A stretch of 64,000 nucleotides of DNA from IMG/VR virus record IMGVR_UViG_3300012910_000003, positions 31,639 to 95,638 of that record, one strand, 5' to 3'. Below the pieces are notes generated by a model. That model ran no database searches. It had not been told where the DNA came from and saw only the letters and a program-made list of their open reading frames with translations. The DNA is from a virus (Duplodnaviria; Caudoviricetes). This document shows positions 50,813 to 60,804 of the stretch, one piece after another (position 1 is the stretch's first letter; every line of letters begins with the position of its first letter). The position numbers were made by a program, and so were the translations under genes.

Positions 50813-51670
50813 TTATTTTGTTGTTACTACTTTTAGTTGTTCTTTTTTAACTTTCAAAGCTTCTATAAAATCTGGATGATTACCTACTGAAGCTTTAAAA
50901 GCTATATAAATTCTATTTAATTCTAATTCTTCTGTAGCTTTTCTTACTTGATTCATAGCATCATCTAGAGCTTCTGTAGAACCTGTATTAGACCACTCTA
51001 GTATTTTTGTACCAGTTTCTACTGTAATTAAAAACTCTGGTTTATTATCAAATAAATCTGTTCTATCTTTTGAAGACTTTGCAAAGTGTCTTTCATTTAC
51101 AATCTCAAAGTTAATATCTAGTTCATACTCAAAACCATCTCTAGTTTGTTCAGCAGTACCTAGTTTTTCTACTTTACTCCTACCACCTTCTTGTACCATA
51201 CCATATTCTTGTTTTCTTCTAACAGTGGTAATTACATGACAAGAAGAAGTTAATATTTTATCTACAAAAGCATTGTGTCTAGGAGTAACAGATTTCCAAT
51301 CTTGAAACTTACCTCCTAAATTAGCATGAATTTCTAAACACCCACCAGAACCAGACCATTCTTGGGTAATAGAATCTACAATACAAACTTCAAATCCACT
51401 TCTTTCTACAAACTCAATAGCTTCTATATATCTTTCAGGAGTATAAGGTGCTTCTAGGTTTAGTACTGAAAAATCACCCATATCTGCATATAAAGAAGCA
51501 GAATCTTTTTCTGAGTCAATTACACACACCTTAGATAAATCTCCTTTACATAAGCCTGTTGCTATAAATAAAGCACTTTTTGTCTTGCCATACCCACTAC
51601 AGGCCGATAAACCTATTCTTAACTTCTTAGCTTTTCTTACAGCTTTCTTTATTACAAATTGTTCTGACAT
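50813..51670 (-). CDS. Sak4-like AAA_24 ATPase/recombinase
   Basis: SACSGYGKT, VIDSE, IVDSITQEW.G.GG, RDGFEYELD, KDRT. Confidence 0.85.
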   Translation of the reverse strand: MSEQFVIKKAVRKAKKLRIGLSACSGYGKTKSALFIATGLCKGDLSKVCVIDSEKDSASLYADMGDFSVLNLEAPYTPERYIEAIEFVERSGFEVCIVDSITQEWSGSGGCLEIHANLGGKFQDWKSVTPRHNAFVDKILTSSCHVITTVRRKQEYGMVQEGGRSKVEKLGTAEQTRDGFEYELDINFEIVNERHFAKSSKDRTDLFDNKPEFLITVETGTKILEWSNTGSTEALDDAMNQVRKATEELELNRIYIAFKASVGNHPDFIEALKVKKEQLKVVTTK

Positions 51671-51675
51671 AGTTA

Positions 51676-52206
51676 TTATTTACCCTTTACTTTATATTTT
51701 ACACCATTAAATATCAACTCACTAATAGTTTTACTATCAACTTGTCTAATATTATACTTACTAGAATCTTTAAATTGTAACTCTAAATCAATTACTTTAT
51801 ATCTACCAAATTCTTGTTTAGTGTCAATTAAATAACCTATAAGAGTTCTTTTTTCTCCTTGTAAAAAGGATTTAGCTAGATATTTGTAATCAGTTATTGA
51901 AGCACTTTTACTTATTTTCTTATCCTCTCCCTCTAAATATTCAGCTAATTTTTCCTCATCAACTTGTTTAGTAAAAGTAACACTAAACACAGCACCATTA
52001 GTTTGTTCTAGTACTTCACAAACACTTGTAGCACTTAATACTTTAGTTTCATTAAACCAAGTAGCTGATTTAGATTCACTTATAAGAATATCATTACTAA
52101 TACTCCATTTCTTAACTCCATTAGTTACTTCTGTTTCTCTTCCATTAGTACTAATTACTTCCATATAAGAAGTTCTAGATAACTTATCTCCTTTTTTAAT
52201 TTCCAT
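51676..52206 (-). CDS. Conserved phage protein, possible WYL-like/SH3 C-terminal domain
   Basis: FSVTFTKQ...GEKRTLIG...IRQVDSKTISELIFNGVKY. Confidence 0.5.
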   Translation of the reverse strand: MEIKKGDKLSRTSYMEVISTNGRETEVTNGVKKWSISNDILISESKSATWFNETKVLSATSVCEVLEQTNGAVFSVTFTKQVDEEKLAEYLEGEDKKISKSASITDYKYLAKSFLQGEKRTLIGYLIDTKQEFGRYKVIDLELQFKDSSKYNIRQVDSKTISELIFNGVKYKVKGK

Positions 52207-52221
52207 TATATTATTTATTGT

Positions 52222-52428
52222 TTAAAATCTGATTATGTGATCTTTATTATTTTTTGTGTCAAAGTGAACTATCACTTCTTTACCTAATAATATTTCACCT
52301 ATTTCTTGACACTTGAAATTATAATAGTCTTGAGACTCATTATCTACTCTCTCATAGATATGTTCTATTAAGGATTGAATTTCTTCTTCTGATAATCCTG
52401 TTAATTTTAGTGTTCTGTTATTGCTCAT
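52222..52428 (-). CDS. Hypothetical protein
   Basis: 68-aa ORF coupled to helicase stop. Confidence 0.55.
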   Translation of the reverse strand: MSNNRTLKLTGLSEEEIQSLIEHIYERVDNESQDYYNFKCQEIGEILLGKEVIVHFDTKNNKDHIIRF

Positions 52429-52721
52429 TATTCTTTCTTTTTAGTAATTAACTTAACTAAAGTCTTAATTCTCTCATACCATTGAGTTAACAAACTTTCT
52501 TCATCAGGTCTAGGTAATTCATAAAATCTACCAATTTCACCTATAAATAAAGTACCTATCTTATTAAAACACTCACCATCTCTATTAGTTAAAATAAATA
52601 TTCCTCTAAACTTCTTTTTAAAAATATCAAGTCTGTATTTACCAACTATTTGTTGTAAGTCTTCTACAGATTTTCTTTGATAATAAGGGGATGGGTCAAA
52701 TACAGTCATACATAAATTTGC
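52428..52721 (-). CDS. DnaB-like replicative helicase, exon 2
   Basis: Begins ANLCMTVFDP, continuing KETGQVVQD|AN of SF4 motif H4; has NRDGE arginine-finger motif. Confidence 0.88.
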   Translation of the reverse strand, partial: ANLCMTVFDPSPYYQRKSVEDLQQIVGKYRLDIFKKKFRGIFILTNRDGECFNKIGTLFIGEIGRFYELPRPDEESLLTQWYERIKTLVKLITKKKE

Positions 52722-52950
52722 CAATTTGTTAACTTAAAGGCTCTTTATCCTTTAACTCTACACTTTCTTTTTTAAGTTATATGTGTAGTTCAGACTATCT
52801 CATCTATTAATAATCACTAATAGTCAATATTTCGTGGTGGAATCTACTATTCTATATATCCACTAGTCGTTAAACCTCTACAGTACATTAAGAATTTCTT
52901 GTAGTTGGTAATTGATTGTCCTCTTCAGGAGTTTCCAATTTTAAATTGAT

Positions 52951-53682
52951 TTATTCAGGACGATGTAACTTATAAAACATTTCTTTAATAAAGAATTCTT
53001 TAATTAAACTTTCAAACTTAAAAACATCTTTTTTCTTTAGATATATAATATTTCTTTTTAAAATACTAAATTCTAAATCAAATTTATCTTTAAGATAATC
53101 TTTAAACACAATTAAACTATTTGTATTAAAACCATTTGTACTTAACATATATGAAGATTTTGTTTTATAACCATCATCCATATACATAAAAGCTAATGAT
53201 ATTCTACTAAAAAGTTCTAAATATTCTTTAGTTATTACTTTTTTAGGAGTATATAGTTTATTATATATTTCTAATAAAATAGGACTTGATATAAAACTCA
53301 TTCTAAGCTCATAATAAGTTTTTGAAGTTTTTTTATGATAAAGACTATTTTCTGAAGTATCTGATATAATATCCTTTAAAATATTATACTTATACATAAA
53401 ATATTCTCTTTGTTTTGTAGAATGAGCTATATGTCCCCTTGCTGAAGTTTTAGATTTATTAATACTTAAATAACCATCTCCTAATAATGTCCCTATTAAA
53501 ACTTCTTTGCTAAAAGAAGATAATGTTATTTCTTTGTATCTATTATATATAGGAAGACCTAAAGTATTTCTATAATTACATACTGAAGTTTTTCCTACAT
53601 TTAAAATCTTAGCAATTGTTCTATCTGAAAGATTTTGTTTGTAAAGTTCTAAAAATTGTTCTTTGTTAATTTTCTGTTTCAT
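52951..53682 (-). CDS. Intron-encoded LAGLIDADG homing endonuclease with N-terminal HTH
   Basis: LIGTLLGDGYL and LAFMYMDDGY motifs; LSDRTIAKILNVGKTSV HTH; ATG 53682 (243 aa). Confidence 0.9.
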   Translation of the reverse strand: MKQKINKEQFLELYKQNLSDRTIAKILNVGKTSVCNYRNTLGLPIYNRYKEITLSSFSKEVLIGTLLGDGYLSINKSKTSARGHIAHSTKQREYFMYKYNILKDIISDTSENSLYHKKTSKTYYELRMSFISSPILLEIYNKLYTPKKVITKEYLELFSRISLAFMYMDDGYKTKSSYMLSTNGFNTNSLIVFKDYLKDKFDLEFSILKRNIIYLKKKDVFKFESLIKEFFIKEMFYKLHRPE

Positions 53683-53683
53683 A

Positions 53684-53709
53684 GTCTTATATCTGTACAA
53701 ATATAAGAC
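53684..53709 (-). promoter_or_regulatory. Inverted repeat containing a TATATTTG promoter element, upstream of the homing endonuclease
   Basis: GTCTTATAT-ttgtacag-ATATAAGAC on minus strand; TATATTTG at 53705-53698; ATG starts at 53682. Confidence 0.7.
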
Positions 53710-53719
53710 ATTTTTGGTT

Positions 53720-54499
53720 ATCCTGTACAACTTGACCTGTTTCTTTTATATCTGAAGTTTTAGGTAATAAATCATTATCTGAATCTCTATTATAATTATC
53801 TGTAGCTCTATTAGTATGCATTATCATAACAGGAGTACAGTAGTATTTATCTCTAAATTCTCTAAAATATTCAGATAATTTATCTATAGTAGTTTTCATA
53901 GAAGCAATACCTTCAACTCTTTCAAGTTTTAAGTTACCTGCTGTATCAGCTATTATTATAACTGTTATTTCAGGATTATTAGGTACATAATAACCATTAA
54001 TCCATGATCCATTAGCATGTAACCAATTTTTAACATGTTTATATATTCCAGTAGGATTTATTTGACCACATATTAATTCTACTGAATCATCTAACATTTT
54101 ATCAAAATAAGGTATATGTTTTTCAGCAAGTTTTAATAAATCATCATTAAAATAGTTATCTCCTTTACTAAGTACTATATTAGAATCAATTAATATTTTA
54201 TCTGCATACCATTTAGATAACACAGCTACTTCAGACATTTCAAGACTAAAATAGAATATTTTAAGATCTTTAGTTTTACCTAGTTTATATAAATAATCAT
54301 AAGGATTTAAAATATAACAACTATTTACAAAAGCTGATTTACCTGCTTTTTCTTTAGCAAATACTAAATCATATCTAGATCTTTGAATGCCACAAATATC
54401 CTCATCTAATTTAGATAATCCTGTAGGTAAACCTTTATTTAGACCCTCTCTACCTCTATCAATTTGTTTAAAAAGATTTTCATTCTTAACGTTCATCAA
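53720..54499 (-). CDS. DnaB-like replicative helicase, exon 1
   Basis: GLPTGL..LD, Walker A AKEKAGKS, YFSLEMS, IIADT, HTNR, DIKETG; spliced product about 357 aa. Confidence 0.9.
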
Positions 54500-55157
54500 A
54501 AAGATTTATCTGACCACTAATAATATTTATCATCTCATCAACCTTCATAGTCTTAACTTCTTCACAATAAGACTCTAAAGCACTACTTTCTGAACCTTTT
54601 TCTATTAACTTATATATAAAGAATCCAGCAGTTTGGAAGTATTGCCAATTAGATTGTCTACCTCTAGCTATATAAAGATCAAAAGCTTTTTCAATAGTAT
54701 CTAATGATACTAAACTATGTTCTTTTATAAACCTTTCAAGCTTTTTATTAAACTCAGTTTCACCAGATTTTAATTGTTTTTTACTTGTAGGTATTATTAA
54801 AGAGGGAAACTTATCATACATTCTAGAACAAAAAGATCTAACATCTTCTACTTTATCAAATACTCCTATTAACTTATCTTTATTTATAATAAGATCATTA
54901 AATTCAAGTAATATTTGTTGCTTAATTATGTCTATAAAAGTTAATTGTACTTTATCTTTTACAATACAAATATACTGCTTTTTACACAAATATTCAAGGT
55001 TTAACTTATGAATATGATCATTTTTAACTAAGTTATTCTTAATTAAATAGTAATCATCTTCAGCATTATCATGAAGTGATTTTAATGTAAAAAATTGATT
55101 AAAATCAACATCTAACTCAACACATTTATCTTTTATTTGTTTATACTCTTCTACCAT
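54486..55157 (-). CDS. Putative replication initiator/helicase loader
   Basis: Directly upstream of and overlapping the helicase; position-based. Confidence 0.4.
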   Translation of the reverse strand: MVEEYKQIKDKCVELDVDFNQFFTLKSLHDNAEDDYYLIKNNLVKNDHIHKLNLEYLCKKQYICIVKDKVQLTFIDIIKQQILLEFNDLIINKDKLIGVFDKVEDVRSFCSRMYDKFPSLIIPTSKKQLKSGETEFNKKLERFIKEHSLVSLDTIEKAFDLYIARGRQSNWQYFQTAGFFIYKLIEKGSESSALESYCEEVKTMKVDEMINIISGQINLFDER

Positions 55158-55752
55158 AAATTCTTCTAAATTCTTCTCCTAACTCATAACTGTTAGGGTA
55201 TTTGTCACACAATGCTTTAAATGATTCTTCACAATGTACTATATACTTCAAAGCATCACCAAGTTCTTCTTTTAAATGAGTTAAAAAGTTATCATCTAAA
55301 TTATCATCTAATAATCTACCATATTTACTTAATCCTTTAATATCTGATTTATCTAAAACATCTTTAGCTAACTTAGTAGCCTTACATAAAGAAAATATAG
55401 AATTAACTGGATTAACATAATAATCATGATCATAAATACAACTATGTAATTCTTCTACAGGTATTCTATAAGTACTTGTTAATTTAATTCTCTTACCCCT
55501 AACAGATTCTTTATTTAATATCACATAGTATAAAGTATTATTAAGTATTTCAATTCTATCTTCATAATCTACTAACTGAATAAATAAAGGTTTATCTATT
55601 AAATTACAATCATATAAATCAACTGTTTTACTATCAGAATTATAAACACAACTTATAAAATCTACATCTAAAGTACCTACAATCTTCTTTATATCATCAC
55701 AATACTTGTCTATAAATTGTGCTTTGGTTATTTTACTTGTACTACTACTCAT
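55141..55752 (-). CDS. Hypothetical protein
   Basis: 203 aa; KYG..LD...L.HLKEEL.DAL.Y resembles a dATP/dGTP pyrophosphatase/MazG-like helix motif (weak). Confidence 0.5.
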   Translation of the reverse strand: MSSSTSKITKAQFIDKYCDDIKKIVGTLDVDFISCVYNSDSKTVDLYDCNLIDKPLFIQLVDYEDRIEILNNTLYYVILNKESVRGKRIKLTSTYRIPVEELHSCIYDHDYYVNPVNSIFSLCKATKLAKDVLDKSDIKGLSKYGRLLDDNLDDNFLTHLKEELGDALKYIVHCEESFKALCDKYPNSYELGEEFRRIYGRRV

Positions 55753-55754
55753 AA

Positions 55755-58036
55755 TTAATTATCAATTGTTTCAACCTTTGAAATACTATTATTTCTAATA
55801 ATTACTATAGCTTTAGAAGAACCTCTAATACCTTCTTCAACATGAACTTCAAAATCTTTACCTAAATAGCTTATAGTACATATACTACCACACCAATTAC
55901 CTTGATAAATACCATCAGATAATTTCACATCTTTAGGTACTTTTTCTGTTATTTTTACTACTTTACTGTTCATAAACTATCTAATAATTCTTGCTTGGTT
56001 TTAAAAATACATTCTTCAAATATATTATAGTAAGTTTTACCATATTTAGTATTAATATTATAACTTATTTCATCCCTAGATCCTTCAATTAAATGTATAA
56101 TACCTTGTTTAGGAGTATCATTATGATGGTTATGATAAAACCAAACTTCATCTCTTATATTATATTTATTCATCTAGGTCTTGATTTAATAATTCTTCCC
56201 AAACTAACTCTTCTAAATCTTCTAGAAATTTAGGATCATTTAAGCAATCCATAAAATTATCATATTCAATACCTTCAATAACTTTTCTAAAATAAGTAAT
56301 AATTAATCTAGAATCATTTTGAGTAAATATATTAGGATAATCACCATATTCTTCACAAGGAGCATAATAATAAGTACCCTTTACTCTAAATATTTGATCT
56401 GGAAAATCTATACTTATTAATACATCAAAACTAGTTTCTTTTCTATATATCATAAGTCTCCTAATTTAACTACAATATCATTTTCATTACATAATTTTAC
56501 CCAATTATTATTAGCATAAGCTCTATAATGTATACTGTTAGAAAATTCTATACACAACTCTGTTATAATACATTTAATTTCTATATCTAAATTAATAGAG
56601 CTTTTGTAATTATATCTCCCTTCAATGTCACCATTTTCAAATAAATATAAATGACTTTTAGCTAGAGTATTTAAATCAATATAAAATAAATCTTTAGCTA
56701 CATCAAACTGTAAAGTAGGATAAATATTACTTTTTACTAATGTTTTAAAAACTTCAATAAAATTATTATTATTCATAATCCTAAATTATTATACATTAAC
56801 TCTAAATCTAATATATCATCTTCTATAGTAGGTTCTGATAATAACCATAAATCCCTACCATTAGTATTAACACCAAAAGCCTCATTAATCTTAATAGCTA
56901 ATTCATCAAAAGATAATTTCTTATCTTCTGGATTAATATTAAGATAATTCTCTTTAAGTATACCTAATACTCTTTGATTAGGTCTTTTAGTATTAATAGT
57001 CTCTTTAATTTCAGATAATACTTCTGATAATTGATCTTTATTATTACTATTCATCACCACTCATTTGTCTATTGTATAAATCAGCATCATATTTACTTTC
57101 TAACTCTTTATAATCTTCTAGTAAAGAGTTATATAAAGAATTTAATTCAGACCATCTTTCTTCAGCTTGATGGTATTTATCTATAAATATTTCCATTACA
57201 CTTTGATTAGTTTTAGCTAATTCTTCAAATGTAGGTTCTCCACCAGATCTTTTTACAGCATCATTAACAGACTCTCCTTTATTAAGTTGAGTTATATCTC
57301 TAAGCTTTAATAATTCTATATATTGATATTTATTCATATTGATTCACAAAATTTAGCTATTATTAATATAATTAAAGTAAAATAACAATTTGATACATTT
57401 ATTACTTGTATATAGTAATCTTTAGGAAACTTAAGATCATATTTTCTTAACTTAAATAATACTATACAAATCTTTAAATCTGAAATCCAATCTGTAAAAC
57501 ATATTACAGGACTTATTATAAGCATAACTAAAACAATAGAATCTCTATAAAAAGATTTATATTGTTTAGGAACATCTTCAATACTTTCCATAATATCTTC
57601 CCAACCTATATAAACTAAGTAAATTGATAATATGAAGTATACTATTATTATACAAGGAGTTAAATTATCTATCATTATTATTTTCATTACTATATTGTTC
57701 TACAAGTTTATCAATTTCTAACCTCCTATGATCAGGAAGTTTCTGTATTTGAATTATTAGTTCTCCTAATTGAGCTACAGCTTCATACTCTTTGGTACTA
57801 CCACTATTACCATAATCCCATTGTAAATACTTAAGAAAGTTATTACAAGAATCATTAAAGGTATTTAACTTATTCTCAAAAGGAGTTGTCTTAGGTTTAC
57901 CACTAGCTGTTAAAGGATTAACTGTCTTTCTATATAACTCCTTTAATACTGGTAACCAATCATTTAATAAAACAGTGGATGCTACTATAATACTAATAGC
58001 ATCCTGTTTTTGTGATTCTAATTTATCTTCAATCAT
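55755..58036 (-). other. Run of eight tightly coupled small hypothetical ORFs (55755-55973, 55970-56173, 56166-56453, 56450-56776, 56773-57060, 57047-57337, 57334-57687, 57665-58036)
   Basis: Overlapping start/stop codons, same strand; 57334-57687 has hydrophobic segments. Confidence 0.65.
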
Positions 58037-58166
58037 TTCCTAAACAAAGAAAACAAAGTATTACAAATAATACTTTACCTATAGTCCACCACTCTAAAAT
58101 ATCAAAAGTACCTGATATAAATACTCCTGTTAAATACATAACTCCTATTGCTGCTACTTCTTTCAT
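58029..58166 (-). CDS. 45-aa membrane peptide (not in ORF track)
   Basis: MKEVAAIGVMYLTGVFISGTFDILEWWTIGKVLFVILCFLCLGND*, overlaps both neighbours. Confidence 0.55.
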   Translation of the reverse strand: MKEVAAIGVMYLTGVFISGTFDILEWWTIGKVLFVILCFLCLGND

Positions 58167-58351
58167 TTTATCTTACTTTCTTCTTCTAAATAGAAATTAT
58201 GAAGTATAGAAATACTAGTATATATTGCACTATCATAAGTACCTTTTTCAATTGCTGATACAGTTACATTTGATATTCCTTTACAACTTCTTTGGACTTC
58301 CCTCATAGAAAGTCCTAACTTAAGTCTTCTTTCTCTAAAATTAAGACTCAC
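58163..58351 (-). CDS. Cro/C1-type (XRE) HTH regulator
   Basis: RERRLKLGLSMREV....ISNVTVSAIEKG. Confidence 0.8.
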   Translation of the reverse strand: MSLNFRERRLKLGLSMREVQRSCKGISNVTVSAIEKGTYDSAIYTSISILHNFYLEEESKIK

Positions 58352-58591
58352 TAATATCAGGTAATTTATTTTTAAGATACTTAGAACTAATATTAACTGT
58401 TTTTACTTTAGGTAATTCAATTACCTCTTTCTTACTAAATATTGATTTAAATAATTTTAACATAATTTATTGTTTTATATATAACCAAATACAATAACCA
58501 AAGAATATTAATAAAGCTACTCTTACACAATCGGCTAATATTAAGTTAATTGTTTGTTTATTAGTAGTATACCAAAGTTTTAGTTTATTTA

Positions 58592-58759
58592 TCATAACTT
58601 ACCATCAATATCTACTCTACCATAAATACTAGAATCTACTCCATCAATATCTTCAGGATTTTCAACTTTTCTAGAATATATATAACATTCCCAATCTTTT
58701 GTTTCAGGTCTATTATATACAATATCTTGTAGTTTTTCTATTAATTCAATGACTGTCAT
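58592..58759 (-). CDS. 55-aa hypothetical protein (not in ORF track)
   Basis: MTVIELIEKLQ... start, ATGA overlaps at both ends. Confidence 0.55.
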   Translation of the reverse strand: MTVIELIEKLQDIVYNRPETKDWECYIYSRKVENPEDIDGVDSSIYGRVDIDGKL

Positions 58760-59465
58760 AATTTTAATACTTCTTGTTTAACTTCATACCAATATTTAAG
58801 ATTATGGTTTATACTACTTCCAGCTAAAATATGATCAGCCATTTCCCATTGTTTAATAATCTCATTTGTACAAACCAATGTAACCTGTCTAGCTTCAAAT
58901 TCTGATAAATTATTTGGTTTTGTATATAGAAATTTATCATATAATTCAGCAGCTTTTTCACTTGGACTCATCTAACATTTCTTTTATAAATTCTTCTTGA
59001 AATACATTATCTAACTCAAAATCTAAAAGATAATTATGATCAAAAGATGTTGGTAAAATATCTCTATAAGCTATATTCATAACTTTAGGAAATCTTACCC
59101 TACTATAACCATCTGAATCATCCTCATAAGAAGTAACACCTAAAATTACTGTATACCCCTTACTACTAAGATATTTTGTTTGAGCTTCTATAAAGTGAGT
59201 CATATTAAACTAAGTTTTTAAACTCAATTATACTATTATCTATAAGATACTGTAAATCTGTTTGTTTAGATCTAGGATAGTTTATATACTGTCTCAAATA
59301 ATTAGTTAATGCTGATTTAGCATGTTTTAATTCTTTCCAACTAGATTTTCCTCCCCTAACCCTTACCATTTTGCCTTTATAAATAATCACCCAGCATCCA
59401 GTATTTGCATACATCGTAGAACCTTCTAATATTCCACAAACTTCATTTAATAATCCTTCTTCCAT
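58756..59465 (-). other. Three small hypothetical ORFs (58756-58971, 58958-59203, 59205-59465)
   Basis: Coupled small ORFs. Confidence 0.6.
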
Positions 59466-59466
59466 A

Positions 59467-59901
59467 TTAATAAACTAAAAAATCTATCTTATTTGTATAC
59501 CTTTTATTCATACAATCATTAACTACCCATTTACCTCTATATTTAATAGGTTCTTTAATAAAGATTGTATCACCATATCTATATTTACCTCCAAACTGTT
59601 TAAGTAAATCAGGTGATAATCCACACCATCTAATTAATCCTTTCTTAAGTTTAAGTGTATCTATATATTTACCTGAACCACAGTATAAAGGACTGTTATC
59701 AGTTTGATTTGCTTTTGGTTGATAATAAGACCATTTCTTAAAGCAAAGAGTATCTATTGACTTAACCTTCTTTTTAAGCCTTTTAATAGGCTCTAGAGGC
59801 TTTAATTTAACTTCTATTGGCTTACTATTGATTATAGGAATATAACTCAATAGTAAGCTTATAATGATTGTTTTCATAAGTTTATTTTGTTTAATTACCA
59901 A
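59467..59901 (-). CDS. 3D-domain/DPBB cell-wall hydrolase-like protein with signal-like N-terminus
   Basis: YQP...QTDNSP...SG, GLSPDLL, YGDTI, V.D.MNKRY...IDFL; likely start MKTIIISLLL. Confidence 0.65.
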   Translation of the reverse strand: MVIKQNKLMKTIIISLLLSYIPIINSKPIEVKLKPLEPIKRLKKKVKSIDTLCFKKWSYYQPKANQTDNSPLYCGSGKYIDTLKLKKGLIRWCGLSPDLLKQFGGKYRYGDTIFIKEPIKYRGKWVVNDCMNKRYTNKIDFLVY

Positions 59902-60278
59902 TTAAATTCAAATGATTTGATAAATTTCTCCAAACATTCTTCTCTAAAAGAATTTAAATCAGTATTTGCAAGTTTTTTACTAACATATACACTATCAGGA
60001 TTTTCTTCTAATTCCTCTTGTGCTTCTTGTATAGCTTCATAAATACTTTCAACAAATATTGTTTCGTATTTATAAACACTTATTGCACAATCTGTACCTA
60101 TTAAATCATTATCTAAAGTTTTAAATCTTTCTATAAAAGATTTATGTATACCTAAGTCTGATTCTATAAATACTTCCCATCTTTCATCTAAAGAAATAGA
60201 TTTATCTTTAACCCATTCTTTTAATTCTTCAGTTAACTTATCTTTTTCTACTAAAAACTTAACTATTTTTGATTTCAT
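59895..60278 (-). CDS. Hypothetical protein
   Basis: 127-aa ORF. Confidence 0.6.
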   Translation of the reverse strand: MKSKIVKFLVEKDKLTEELKEWVKDKSISLDERWEVFIESDLGIHKSFIERFKTLDNDLIGTDCAISVYKYETIFVESIYEAIQEAQEELEENPDSVYVSKKLANTDLNSFREECLEKFIKSFEFNW

Positions 60279-60280
60279 AA

Positions 60281-60523
60281 TTACTTAATTATTAACTCTC
60301 CTTCTAATAAACCAAAAGATGATTTTTCTCTAGCATAACAAACTTTTGTTATAGTATCTTGAGTAATTATCCAAAGATCATTTTCTTTCCAAGTTATATT
60401 CATAAACTTTTCATTAGGTCTAAGTTTAATTTCTTCAGTTCCTCCCCATCTTCTAGCATTTGTATTATCTGTACAAGAAACTAATCCTATTACTACTGCT
60501 ACTATCATTAATTTTTTCATCAT
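60281..60523 (-). CDS. Lipoprotein
   Basis: MKKLMIVAVVIGLVSC lipobox. Confidence 0.75.
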   Translation of the reverse strand: MMKKLMIVAVVIGLVSCTDNTNARRWGGTEEIKLRPNEKFMNITWKENDLWIITQDTITKVCYAREKSSFGLLEGELIIK

Positions 60524-60804
60524 TGTAATACTCTTTTTAAACCATTAATTATTGTTTTATCTACTTTAATAACTTCAATTATATCAGGTAATTTCTTACC
60601 TTCTTTATCTACATTATTATTTAAGGTTACTTTAATATAAGAACCTTCATTTAATACTTCTCTATATAAACATACTTTACAAACTAATCCTTTACCTTTA
60701 GCTGTACTTAATTGATACTTTCTAAAGTTTATAGGAAAGAGGAATAAAGGATATTTATGATTACATTTAAAACACTTTTTAAAATTAAACATTAAGCTAA
60801 CCAA
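60520..60804 (-). CDS. Zn-ribbon protein
   Basis: CFKC...CKVC. Confidence 0.55.
   Translation of the reverse strand: MVSLMFNFKKCFKCNHKYPLFLFPINFRKYQLSTAKGKGLVCKVCLYREVLNEGSYIKVTLNNNVDKEGKKLPDIIEVIKVDKTIINGLKRVLQ

Larger units (their letters stand above)
52722..53719 (-). mobile_element. Group I (IA-like) self-splicing intron, 998 nt
   Basis: 5' exon ends in U (53720), intron ends in G (52722); P7 GACUA (52868-52864)/UAGUC (52797-52793); P3 UCAAU/AUUGA; P4 AAUUG/CAAUU; P5 UCCU-gaag-AGGA; P8, P9 stems; removal restores the helicase frame. Confidence 0.92.

Noticed and set aside
52428-52724. 98-aa stand-alone ORF with TTG start
   Set aside because: It is helicase exon 2; the TTG is the last three intron bases.
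52951-53730. Intein in the helicase, or HEG starting at TTG 53730
   Set aside because: Endonuclease is out of frame with exon 1, has its own stop and no Cys/His-Asn splice residues; RNA core indicates a group I intron; ATG 53682 is the better start.
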